A stretch of DNA of 64,000 nt. Origin: Polyangiaceae bacterium (GTDB lineage Bacteria; Myxococcota_A; Polyangia; Polyangiales; Polyangiaceae). The DNA lies in NCBI GenBank assembly GCA_044376115.1, contig JBILLK010000008.1, positions 192,001 through 256,000 on the forward strand, written 5' to 3'. The notes below the pieces were generated by a model. That model had not been told where the DNA came from. It searched no databases and was given only the letters and a program-made list of their open reading frames with translations. The position numbers and the translations under genes were made by a program. Every line of letters begins with the position of its first letter. The first letter of the stretch is position 1. Shown here piece by piece: positions 1 through 8,236 of the stretch.

Positions 1-1
1 T

Positions 2-1324
2 GACCAGCCCTGTTTCGGTAATGGCTGGTAGCTTGTCGAAGCCAAGCTTCATAGCCCGCACCAAGAACGCATGGTTGAGCACGCCCTGATGCAGGCGGTC
101 GGCCAAGATGGGAAACTCGGAAAAATCAGCGATCATCTCGAGAATGCCGGGAACGTCCTCCGACGACATACCGATCATATTGCATCCCACCACCACGACC
201 TTCTCTTGGGCGGCCAGGTCGTCGAACGCATCGATCTGTGCGTGAGTGCCGTTGAGGCCATGCCCGTGGAGCATCACTCCGTGTGGTTCACCGGTTAGAG
301 CGGTGCGCGGCACGCGCGCGCGGAACTCGGCTTTGTAGGTACCTGTGGCCTGAGGCAGGCCGTCCTCCGCCCAGTTGAGCACATATCCTGTACGCCTATC
401 GAGGGGCCGCTCTACCGTATAATCGGGCACGTCGAAGGTCCCCAATACTTCGTAGGCAATGTCGGGGTTCTCCGCCTCGCTGTACGTCGTCAGGCTGGTT
501 ATCTCCATTGCGGGGCTCGCGTCTCCGAGCTCCGCAAAAGCCTCGTCACGCATATGCAACAGCGGGCCGTGCAGCGTCGCCCCAGACGCTGTGGTCCAAT
601 CCCAAGCGAGCAACAACCCTTCGCGCTGCACCCCCGCCGTTTGCAGGTCGCCAAAGAGCTTCTCGAAGTGAGCGACTCGGCCCTCGACGGGCGTCCCCTC
701 CGCGCGTTGGTCGCGCAAGGCGATGAAAGCATCGCTAGAGGAAGCCTCCTTCCCATCCTTCTGCTTGAGCCCGCGAAGTGCCACGACGTAACGAGTGGCC
801 TCTTTCAGAAGGACCGCGGGACGAATGATGAGCCCTTCCTCGCCGAGCGCCTTGGAGGTGCGGTCAAGCTCGGCAAAACAGGGGATCCGCTTCAGCGCGC
901 CGTTGTCCTCTTCGAACATCATGACCTGGGCGTCATCCTTCAGCGTGTCCGCGATATGGTTTTCATCCGGTAGCAAGCTACCGTCCAAGTTCGGAAAGTA
1001 GGCGAGCGCCGGGGAACCGACACCAAAGCCGTCGAGTCGCTCGTAGGGCTCTTTTGCCACGTGGACGCCAGCAACGTTTGCTGGGAGCGTGGTCTCGCCG
1101 AAACGCAGCCGAAACCCCGTCGCGGTACCTTCATCCGGAGCAAGCCAAAGGCTCGAAGGAAACGGCATGCCGCACACCTCCGGAACCAGCGGGTCACAAT
1201 CAGGGTCGTCGGGAATCTCGAGCGGCCGAGGCTCCTCTACTGGATTGGGTGGCGCCTCCTCATTGCACCCAACGAGGGGAGCGACCACGAATAAGCCTAG
1301 CACCAGCGAACGGGACCAGTTCAT
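2..1324 (-). CDS. Lipoprotein with probable alpha/beta-hydrolase (lipase-like) C-terminal part; 3' end runs off the window
   Basis: Absent from the ORF track because no stop lies in the window. Read by hand from ATG at 1324: MNWSRSLVLGLFVVAPLVGC (lipobox), then CGMPFPS, LDGFG, LLLAWDWTT and MLHGHGLNG; frame open to the edge. Confidence 0.75.
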   Translation of the reverse strand, partial: MNWSRSLVLGLFVVAPLVGCNEEAPPNPVEEPRPLEIPDDPDCDPLVPEVCGMPFPSSLWLAPDEGTATGFRLRFGETTLPANVAGVHVAKEPYERLDGFGVGSPALAYFPNLDGSLLPDENHIADTLKDDAQVMMFEEDNGALKRIPCFAELDRTSKALGEEGLIIRPAVLLKEATRYVVALRGLKQKDGKEASSSDAFIALRDQRAEGTPVEGRVAHFEKLFGDLQTAGVQREGLLLAWDWTTASGATLHGPLLHMRDEAFAELGDASPAMEITSLTTYSEAENPDIAYEVLGTFDVPDYTVERPLDRRTGYVLNWAEDGLPQATGTYKAEFRARVPRTALTGEPHGVMLHGHGLNGTHAQIDAFDDLAAQEKVVVVGCNMIGMSSEDVPGILEMIADFSEFPILADRLHQGVLNHAFLVRAMKLGFDKLPAITETGLV

Positions 1325-1420
1325 GATGCGATATTACACCAAGAGGGACAGCACGAGCTTCCAGCAACGGTGTGCTCACCTTCGGTAGATGCCGGGATGC
1401 CCCCGCGCTAAGGGACCTTC

Positions 1421-3319
1421 ATGAGATTCACGAAGGTCCTGCTTTCTTTGACGGCCTTGTGCGCGGCCACGGTGGTCCCGGCGTCGGCGAACGCCCAGGT
1501 GCTCCGCTTCACGACCACCGCCCCCGGCGGGATCGTGACGACGGGCAACACGCTCGGACTGTCGAAATCGACGAACGAGAATGGCCCTGGGACGCGGGAC
1601 TCGATCGGAACCTTTTTGTCCCTCGGGAACTCGGTTGACGTACTACCGCTCAACCCGCTCAATCCGTGGCCCCAAGGCACGACCAGCAGCTGGCAAATGA
1701 ACAGCTCGAGCGCCGAGTTGAGTTTGCCAGTCGAGGCCCAGGTGCTTTACGCAGAGCTGCTGTGGGGCGGTAGCTACCAATACGGCGAGGAGGACGTATC
1801 CGCCCTTTTGGGAAGCGCGGTCACCCTCACACAAGGGGCCTCATCGATGCAGGTGATGCCATCTGCGGCGACGGCCATTACCACCTCGGGCAATGCGGCA
1901 AGCGGGTTCGCTATTCGCTATTACCTTCGCTCGGCCGACGTCACCGACTTCGTCAAGGCGGCTCAAACCGGGACGTACTCCGTTTCTGGCGTACCTGGGA
2001 CGCAAACCACCAATATCAACAGCTTGAGCGCCGCTGGTTGGACGTTGGTAACCGTCTATCGAGACCAGTCGGTTACTACCAAGAATCTGAGCGTGTTCGT
2101 GGGCGGGGCCTTCGTCGACGAGGACTCGCAGCAGGACTACACGGTCACTGGCTTCTGCGCTCCGCCAGCGGGCGTGGTGGAGGGGACGGCGGCGGTGAGC
2201 GCCATCGAAGGGGACGCCAACTTGACCGGTGATCAGTTCCTGATCGGCGCCAGCACGGGAGGCCCCTTTGCTTCGCTCAGCGGGCCCAATAACCCCGGTA
2301 GCAACTTCTTCTGCAGTCAGATCAACGACGGTAACGGCCAGCTCGACATGAGCGGCTCCTTCGGACAGGAGAACCACAACGCGCAAGCTGGCGTCAACCT
2401 CGCCGGTGGCCGGCAGGGCTGGGACATAACCACCATTCCGCTTAGCTCCCAGACCGGGCAACTCGCCAATAGCCAGACATCTGCAGTGCTCAGGACAATA
2501 ACGACCGGGGACTCTTACATGCCGATCTTGGCAGCCCTGGCGATCGACGTAAATTCTCCTGATTTTGGCGGAGTTGCTTCGGATACTACGGTGACCCCAA
2601 TGAGCGTTACCATCGGGGACCAACTCACGGTGTCGGTGACGCTCGCCAACGACGGGGCGGTTACCGCACAGAACGTGGTGCTGGACGTGGATTTGCCGGC
2701 GCAAGTTTCGCTCGTTTCCTTCACCACCGACGGCCAACCTGGTGACATCAACGGCAACGCCGTAAACGGTGCGCTCTTGGCTAGCGGGGTGGACGAGGGA
2801 GACATTCCAGGCGGGGGAGCACGCACCGTCACCTTCACGTTGGAGGTGAACTCGGCGCCCGCTGGCAGTACGCTCTTCGGCCTAGCCAACTGGAACTACG
2901 ACTTTGAGGTATGCGCGAATGCATCACTGTCTTCAGAGGTCTTCTCGCAATCGTTCGCCGCGCTCTTTAGCGAACCCGTTGGAACCGGAGGCAACGGTGG
3001 TGGGGGCAGCGGCGCGAGCGGCGGAGGTGGCGCCGAACCGAATGGCGGCGGCGGCGCAGCAGCCCAGGGTGGCGGCGGAGAGGGAGGCGGGCTTCTGCCA
3101 CTTGGCGGCGGCGGGAGTGGAGCCGCTGGCGGGGCCGGGGGCGGCGGCGGTGAAGGAGCGACGGGCGATGGGAGCTCGAGTTCAGGGGAGGCACCGGAGA
3201 CAGGGCTGGGCTGTTCGTGCCGCGTGAATGCGCCCAAGGAGCCGGGGTTGGCTGCGTTGGCGTGGGGGCTGGTTGGTCTCTTGGTATTGCGTCGTAAGCG
3301 AGGAGCAAAAGCATCATGA
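1421..3319 (+). CDS. Secreted surface protein: DUF11-type Ig-like domain, Gly-rich linker, MYXO-CTERM-like sorting tail
   Basis: Signal peptide; VTIGDQLTVSVTLANDG...AQNVVLDVDLP (DUF11-like); C-terminal GCSCRV, hydrophobic helix, RRKR. Confidence 0.8.
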   Translation: MRFTKVLLSLTALCAATVVPASANAQVLRFTTTAPGGIVTTGNTLGLSKSTNENGPGTRDSIGTFLSLGNSVDVLPLNPLNPWPQGTTSSWQMNSSSAELSLPVEAQVLYAELLWGGSYQYGEEDVSALLGSAVTLTQGASSMQVMPSAATAITTSGNAASGFAIRYYLRSADVTDFVKAAQTGTYSVSGVPGTQTTNINSLSAAGWTLVTVYRDQSVTTKNLSVFVGGAFVDEDSQQDYTVTGFCAPPAGVVEGTAAVSAIEGDANLTGDQFLIGASTGGPFASLSGPNNPGSNFFCSQINDGNGQLDMSGSFGQENHNAQAGVNLAGGRQGWDITTIPLSSQTGQLANSQTSAVLRTITTGDSYMPILAALAIDVNSPDFGGVASDTTVTPMSVTIGDQLTVSVTLANDGAVTAQNVVLDVDLPAQVSLVSFTTDGQPGDINGNAVNGALLASGVDEGDIPGGGARTVTFTLEVNSAPAGSTLFGLANWNYDFEVCANASLSSEVFSQSFAALFSEPVGTGGNGGGGSGASGGGGAEPNGGGGAAAQGGGGEGGGLLPLGGGGSGAAGGAGGGGGEGATGDGSSSSGEAPETGLGCSCRVNAPKEPGLAALAWGLVGLLVLRRKRGAKAS

Positions 3320-4965
3320 AGACGCCGAACATTGCAATCTTGTTAGGAGTGTGGGCACTGGGCTGCGGGGATGACGCGGGCTCGGGTGGTAGCGGTGGAG
3401 CTGGCGGAGCTCCCGCTGCGATAGCGTTTAGTCAGCCTGGCTCGCTCGTCAGCGACGACGGTAAAGGCAGCTTTCGTTTTGGAGCCGCCACCGCGGCGAC
3501 CCAGATTGAAGACCAGAACCCGGCCACCGACTGGTGGGCATTCTCGTCGCCCGTAGCGGAGGGCGGGCTCGGCAAGGGCAAAGCCCCCGTGGGAGACGCT
3601 TCCAAAGGCTTCTCGCTGGCGCTCGAGGACATCGCGCTACTGACCGAGCTGGGCGTGGACTCCTATCGTTTCAGTATCGAATGGGCGCGGATCGAGCCGG
3701 AGCGCGACGTGATCGACGAGGAGGCGCTCGCTCACTACGACGCTGTGATTGACGCGCTGGTTGCAGCCGGGATCCGGCCGATGATCACGCTGCACCACTT
3801 CTCGAACCCCATTTGGGTCGCCGATCCGCGTGACAACGAATGTATGAACGGCCCCTCCGACACGAACCTGTGCGGATTTGGCAATAGCGAAGGCGCGCCG
3901 CAAATCGTCGAGGAGTTTGGCGAGCATGCGACGCTCTTGGCTGAGCGGTTTGGCGATCGCGTCGATGAGTGGGGCACGGTGAATGAACCGGTGAACTACT
4001 TATTGGCTGGCTACGGCATCGGTAGTTTTCCGCCCGGGCAATCGAACATTTTGAGTGAGGAGAAGCTGCTTGGGGAGTTCATCCCCATCGTGCAAACCTA
4101 CCTGGAGCTGCACGCTGCCGCCTACACCGCAGTAAAAATGAATGACGTCATCGACGCGGACAGTGACGGCAGCGCAGCCGACGTTGGGTTTACCTTGAGC
4201 ATCGCAGACTGGGTGCCCGCGCGGGATAATCAAGTAAGCGAGGATCCGGAGGACATAGCCGCCCGCGATCGCGTCATCTACATCTATCATCATCTCTTTC
4301 TCGACGCGGCGCGCACAGGGGAATTCGACACCGACCTAGACGGTGAGCCGGATAAGACTGTACCGGGCGTGGCCGGCACCGTGGATTGGCTCGGCCTACA
4401 ATACTATTTCCGCTCCGGCGTAACGGCGAAGAACCCTGTGCTGCCGGTGGTCGCGCTCACACCCTGCTTTGGCACCATTGACTTTGGCGCCTGCTTGCCG
4501 CCGGTGGGTGGCGACAAGACCAAGTGCATCCCGGCAATGAAGTACGAGTTCTACGAACCAGCCGTGTTCGAGCTGCTTTCGGACTTCTCCTCGCGCTACC
4601 CGGACTTGCCGCTGCTCATCAGTGAATCGGGCCTAGCTACCGAGGTTGGCGAGCGACGCGCAGAGCACGTCGTACGCAGCCTCGAGCAGATCGCCCTGGC
4701 GCGTGAGGCGGGGGTGGATGTCCGTGGCTATTACCATTGGAGCCTGTACGACAACTTCGAGTGGGCCGAGGGCTTTGAGCCTCGCTTCGGGTTGTTTACG
4801 GTCGACTATTCAGACTACGCTCGAACTCCGACATTGGGCGCTACTGTATTGGGCGAGGTGGCCAAGGCTCGCGAGCTGAGCAGTGACCACCGCGTGACCT
4901 ACGGCGGAACCGGCCCCATGACCGAAGAGGCGGGAGCGGTGATTGGTGAGCGCTGCAATCTATGA
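3316..4965 (+). CDS. Glycoside hydrolase family 1 (beta-glucosidase-like) lipoprotein
   Basis: FGAATAATQIE, YRFSIEWARIEP, TLHHF, TVNEP (acid/base), ISESG (nucleophile), WSLYDNFEW; lipobox ALGC; ATGA overlap with upstream gene. Confidence 0.92.
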   Translation: MKTPNIAILLGVWALGCGDDAGSGGSGGAGGAPAAIAFSQPGSLVSDDGKGSFRFGAATAATQIEDQNPATDWWAFSSPVAEGGLGKGKAPVGDASKGFSLALEDIALLTELGVDSYRFSIEWARIEPERDVIDEEALAHYDAVIDALVAAGIRPMITLHHFSNPIWVADPRDNECMNGPSDTNLCGFGNSEGAPQIVEEFGEHATLLAERFGDRVDEWGTVNEPVNYLLAGYGIGSFPPGQSNILSEEKLLGEFIPIVQTYLELHAAAYTAVKMNDVIDADSDGSAADVGFTLSIADWVPARDNQVSEDPEDIAARDRVIYIYHHLFLDAARTGEFDTDLDGEPDKTVPGVAGTVDWLGLQYYFRSGVTAKNPVLPVVALTPCFGTIDFGACLPPVGGDKTKCIPAMKYEFYEPAVFELLSDFSSRYPDLPLLISESGLATEVGERRAEHVVRSLEQIALAREAGVDVRGYYHWSLYDNFEWAEGFEPRFGLFTVDYSDYARTPTLGATVLGEVAKARELSSDHRVTYGGTGPMTEEAGAVIGERCNL

Positions 4966-4991
4966 TCGGAGGCGCGCAGGCGTATTGAGCC

Positions 4992-5636
4992 TTAGCGGCT
5001 GTTGAGTATGTGTTCGGTGAAGCGAGTACGCAGGTAGAAGCCGCGAGGTACGGTACTGATGTGCTCGCCTTCACGGCCAAAGGTCAGCGTTCTGGCTCGG
5101 CCGTCGCGCGCCTTTGGTCGGACCTGGAGGTGCTCGCCGAGATGAGCGGTTACATCCTCGATCCGGCCAATCCCGACCAACCCCATGATTTCGTCGTAGT
5201 CGGCGGCGAGCGCTGCATCCTCCTCGACGGTCGGTTCAAACAGAACGGCGCGTCCCACGGTACGCGCGGCGGACGCTGAACGACGCTCCCCGATCACGGG
5301 CAGAAACAGCACCTTTCGCAGCTTGCGAAACACCCACGAGTTTCGGTAGTCGACCTCCTCGTTCAGGTCGATGGCGCAAACGAACGTGCTCTCCAAGGGT
5401 TTACCGCGCAGATCGATCGGAATCGTCTTTAGCTCCAACTCGAGCTCTGGAAAGTCGCGGACGCGCTGGCCAGAGCCGCCAGAAGCACCAAGCACGTTCT
5501 CAAACAGCTCCCCGATGCGGCCCTTGGCGTGAACCCCGTGCCCGGGCGCCTCGAGCCCATATTGCTGAACCACGTCAGCCAACGTCAGTCCCTCGAGACT
5601 GCGAGCCCGCTCCAATACCTGGGATAGCGAGAGCAC
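4992..5636 (-). CDS. mutH: MutH/Sau3AI-family endonuclease (MutH-like)
   Basis: KGRIGELFENVLGASGGS...DFPELELELKTIP...PLESTFVC and LQVRPKA...PRGFYLR match MutH motifs; 214 aa. Confidence 0.85.
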   Translation of the reverse strand: MLSLSQVLERARSLEGLTLADVVQQYGLEAPGHGVHAKGRIGELFENVLGASGGSGQRVRDFPELELELKTIPIDLRGKPLESTFVCAIDLNEEVDYRNSWVFRKLRKVLFLPVIGERRSASAARTVGRAVLFEPTVEEDAALAADYDEIMGLVGIGRIEDVTAHLGEHLQVRPKARDGRARTLTFGREGEHISTVPRGFYLRTRFTEHILNSR

Positions 5637-5638
5637 CG

Positions 5639-7261
5639 TTAGCCTCTTGGCAGTAGAACCCCAGGGTTCATGATCGCCGTTGGATCGAGCACGCTCTTGG
5701 CAGCTCGCAGCGCCTGCTGAAAGAGCGACGGGACCTCCTGCGCCCAGGAAGAGGCAAGCTCCTTTCCAACGGCGTGGTGATGAGTGACCGTACCGCCTTC
5801 GCGCAAAATGGCCTCGGTCAAGGCGTGTTTTACCTCCAGCCAGAAGCGGTCCGGGTCGGCAGGGTTTCTACACAAGAGGGTGCAATAGGGCGCACAACCA
5901 TCGCGATAGACGTGCGTGATCCGCCGGGCGAGGGCGTGCGGCCCGAGCTTCAACGTGGAGAGCGCCGCGCGCACGGCGGCATCCAGCGCTTCAACCTTGC
6001 TCCACGGAACGGCGGTCTCGAAGGTCTCGGCGAAGACGTCCATCAAGGCGAGCTCATCGCGCAGATAGGGCGCTCGAAAGAAGGCGGACTTGTAGGTGTC
6101 TGCTGTGTCGTCGCGACCGCCTGCATCCAAGCGCAGCTGCTCGGCTGGGATCAGCCCACCGTGCGAGCGCGCGATCTCACAAGCGGCCTCGAGCAATGAT
6201 GCGAAGTCCACCCCGGCCGATTCGAACGCCAACAGCAACAGGCAGCAGTCCCCTTGCCCAGCCCCACTAACGAGCGCCTCGATGTTGTCGAGCAAACGCG
6301 CGTTCGTCGGAGCGATGCCAGATTGGACGATGGTGCGTAGGGCCAAAAGGCCGTCGGTCATATTGCTAAAGCGGACAGTGGCCGAACAACGACGGGTAGG
6401 CCTTGGAAAGACGCGCAACCACGCTTCGGTGATGACGCCGAGCGCGCCCTCCGATCCGACGAACATGCGCTCGGCTTGGGGGCCAGCGCCAGAGCCAGGC
6501 AACCGCCGCGTTTGGAGGTAACCGCTCGGGGTCACCACCGCGAGCGAAGCCACCAGATCGTCGATGTGGGTGGGCCCTGTGGCGAAGTGACCACCTGCGC
6601 GCGTGGCGATCCAACCACCGACGGTGGAATGCTCGAAGGACTGTGGGAAATGACGCAGTGAAAGACCGTGCGGTTTGAGTTGTGCCTCGAGCTCCGGCCC
6701 CAACGTGCCCGCTCGAACCCGCGCGAGTAAGCTCTCTCGGTCCACCTCGACTACGCCGCTCATGCGCCGCAGATCGAGCGAGAGGACGGGCCCTTCGCCA
6801 CGGGTTGGCGTTACGCCGCCGTGAACGCTCGTGCCTCCACCGTACGGAATCACCGCGCAACGGCGCTCGGCGGCGAAGGCGAGCAGCTCCACGAGCTGTT
6901 GCTCGGACTCCGGAAAGGCGACGGCGTCGGGGGCTGTTGAAAAATCCCCGCGCACCGCGCGCGCGAGATCCCTGTACGACTTGCCCATCGCGTGGCTCAA
7001 CCGCTCTCGTTTCGAAACATCGATCAGCGGTTCGAGCTGGCTTGGGAACGCAAGCGACGACGGCTCAACCTCGATTTGATCGAGCGAAGGCGGCTCTCGC
7101 CGAACGAGCGTTCCGCCGAGCAGCGCCGAAAGGCCAACCTTGGCCATCTCCAGCTGCGCCGGCGAGGCTGATACACCCTCGTAGCCCCAGCCCCAAAACT
7201 TGCGTGTTTGCAGCAGAGTGACCTCCAGGTCGTTACGGCAAAGGACTCGTAACCATGTCAA
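5639..7261 (-). CDS. FAD-binding oxidoreductase, alkyl-dihydroxyacetonephosphate synthase-like (start uncertain, probably near 7216)
   Basis: FWGWG, PYGGGTSVHGG, HFPQSFEHSTVGGWIATR, GSEGALGVIT, THHHAVG, DPTAIMNPG. Confidence 0.85.
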   Translation of the reverse strand: MTWLRVLCRNDLEVTLLQTRKFWGWGYEGVSASPAQLEMAKVGLSALLGGTLVRREPPSLDQIEVEPSSLAFPSQLEPLIDVSKRERLSHAMGKSYRDLARAVRGDFSTAPDAVAFPESEQQLVELLAFAAERRCAVIPYGGGTSVHGGVTPTRGEGPVLSLDLRRMSGVVEVDRESLLARVRAGTLGPELEAQLKPHGLSLRHFPQSFEHSTVGGWIATRAGGHFATGPTHIDDLVASLAVVTPSGYLQTRRLPGSGAGPQAERMFVGSEGALGVITEAWLRVFPRPTRRCSATVRFSNMTDGLLALRTIVQSGIAPTNARLLDNIEALVSGAGQGDCCLLLLAFESAGVDFASLLEAACEIARSHGGLIPAEQLRLDAGGRDDTADTYKSAFFRAPYLRDELALMDVFAETFETAVPWSKVEALDAAVRAALSTLKLGPHALARRITHVYRDGCAPYCTLLCRNPADPDRFWLEVKHALTEAILREGGTVTHHHAVGKELASSWAQEVPSLFQQALRAAKSVLDPTAIMNPGVLLPRG

Positions 7262-8186
7262 AGGGCACCGAGGTCTCTGTCCCGCTCACGAGCTTGACGA
7301 CGTAGCGCAAGCCGTCTTCCTCGGACTTGAGCACCGAGCCCGAAACCAGCTCCTCACCTTGCAACACCATCACCTTGTCCCCAGCCTTGTGGGTGTGGTG
7401 AATCGACATCGCCCTGATGAAGTTAGCCGGGAGCCTAAAGGGCCGGCCTGACCAGGTGACGAGCCAAGACTTTCCTTCCGCAGTGGAGACAAACTGCCCG
7501 CCGCGCCATACGACCTTTTCTTCACCCAAGGAGTTGTGCGTACTGTCGCGTGCGACAGCCACGGCGCCGAACTTCAAGGTGCCGTCGAGTTTGATGACAT
7601 CCGATTGAGGGATCGACAATTCCTTCAGTTCACCCGCGTAGCGAAAGCGCACCGATACCCCGTCCGCCGCCACACTAACGACGCGGGCCACAGCGCGACT
7701 ACCCATCGCCGGAACCACCACGGCGTCACCCTTCAACAGGCCCTCCGGCCGCCGAAGCGGCGCTGTGAAGGCGCCTGGAACGAAGATGTCACCGCGCTCG
7801 CTTTGCACGACAGCAAACGGCGCCTCAACGCGCGCCACGGATTCGACCGACAGCTTCAAGGTCTCCCAGCCGCTGCTCATCGGCACGACCAACCAGCCAC
7901 GAGAACCGGCGCTAAGCTCGGATGGCGTATTGGGTCCGGAAAAATCGGCCCATTTACGTACGGTGCTGACAGGAACGCTCGAGGCGAGATTGGTCAGCAC
8001 CAAGGCAGGTCCACTCGAGCTTGAAGCCTGCGACGACGGTGCACTCGACCGAACCGGGTCGACCTCTGCGCTGGGTTCAGCGGAGCTCTCAGGCGCAGCG
8101 GGCACGGTGTAGACCTCGTCTTCACCGCAGCCGATCACTTGCGCCAACACCAAGAACCAAGCACCGGGCCTCGACCTCTGAATCAT
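7233..8186 (-). CDS. Hypothetical lipoprotein with SH3/Tudor-like beta-barrel repeats
   Basis: Lipobox VIGC; repeated KxGDxVxV...V..V...V.F/VK pattern. Confidence 0.6.
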   Translation of the reverse strand: MIQRSRPGAWFLVLAQVIGCGEDEVYTVPAAPESSAEPSAEVDPVRSSAPSSQASSSSGPALVLTNLASSVPVSTVRKWADFSGPNTPSELSAGSRGWLVVPMSSGWETLKLSVESVARVEAPFAVVQSERGDIFVPGAFTAPLRRPEGLLKGDAVVVPAMGSRAVARVVSVAADGVSVRFRYAGELKELSIPQSDVIKLDGTLKFGAVAVARDSTHNSLGEEKVVWRGGQFVSTAEGKSWLVTWSGRPFRLPANFIRAMSIHHTHKAGDKVMVLQGEELVSGSVLKSEEDGLRYVVKLVSGTETSVPFDMVTSPLP

Positions 8187-8236
8187 TGCAACTGATTCTG
8201 ACCAGAAGTCGCGGCCCGCGGAAAGAGCTTCCTGCG

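Noticed and set aside
570..590. Suspected frameshift in the first gene
   Set aside because: Recounting the C-run shows the minus frame is continuous (TTASGATLHGP).
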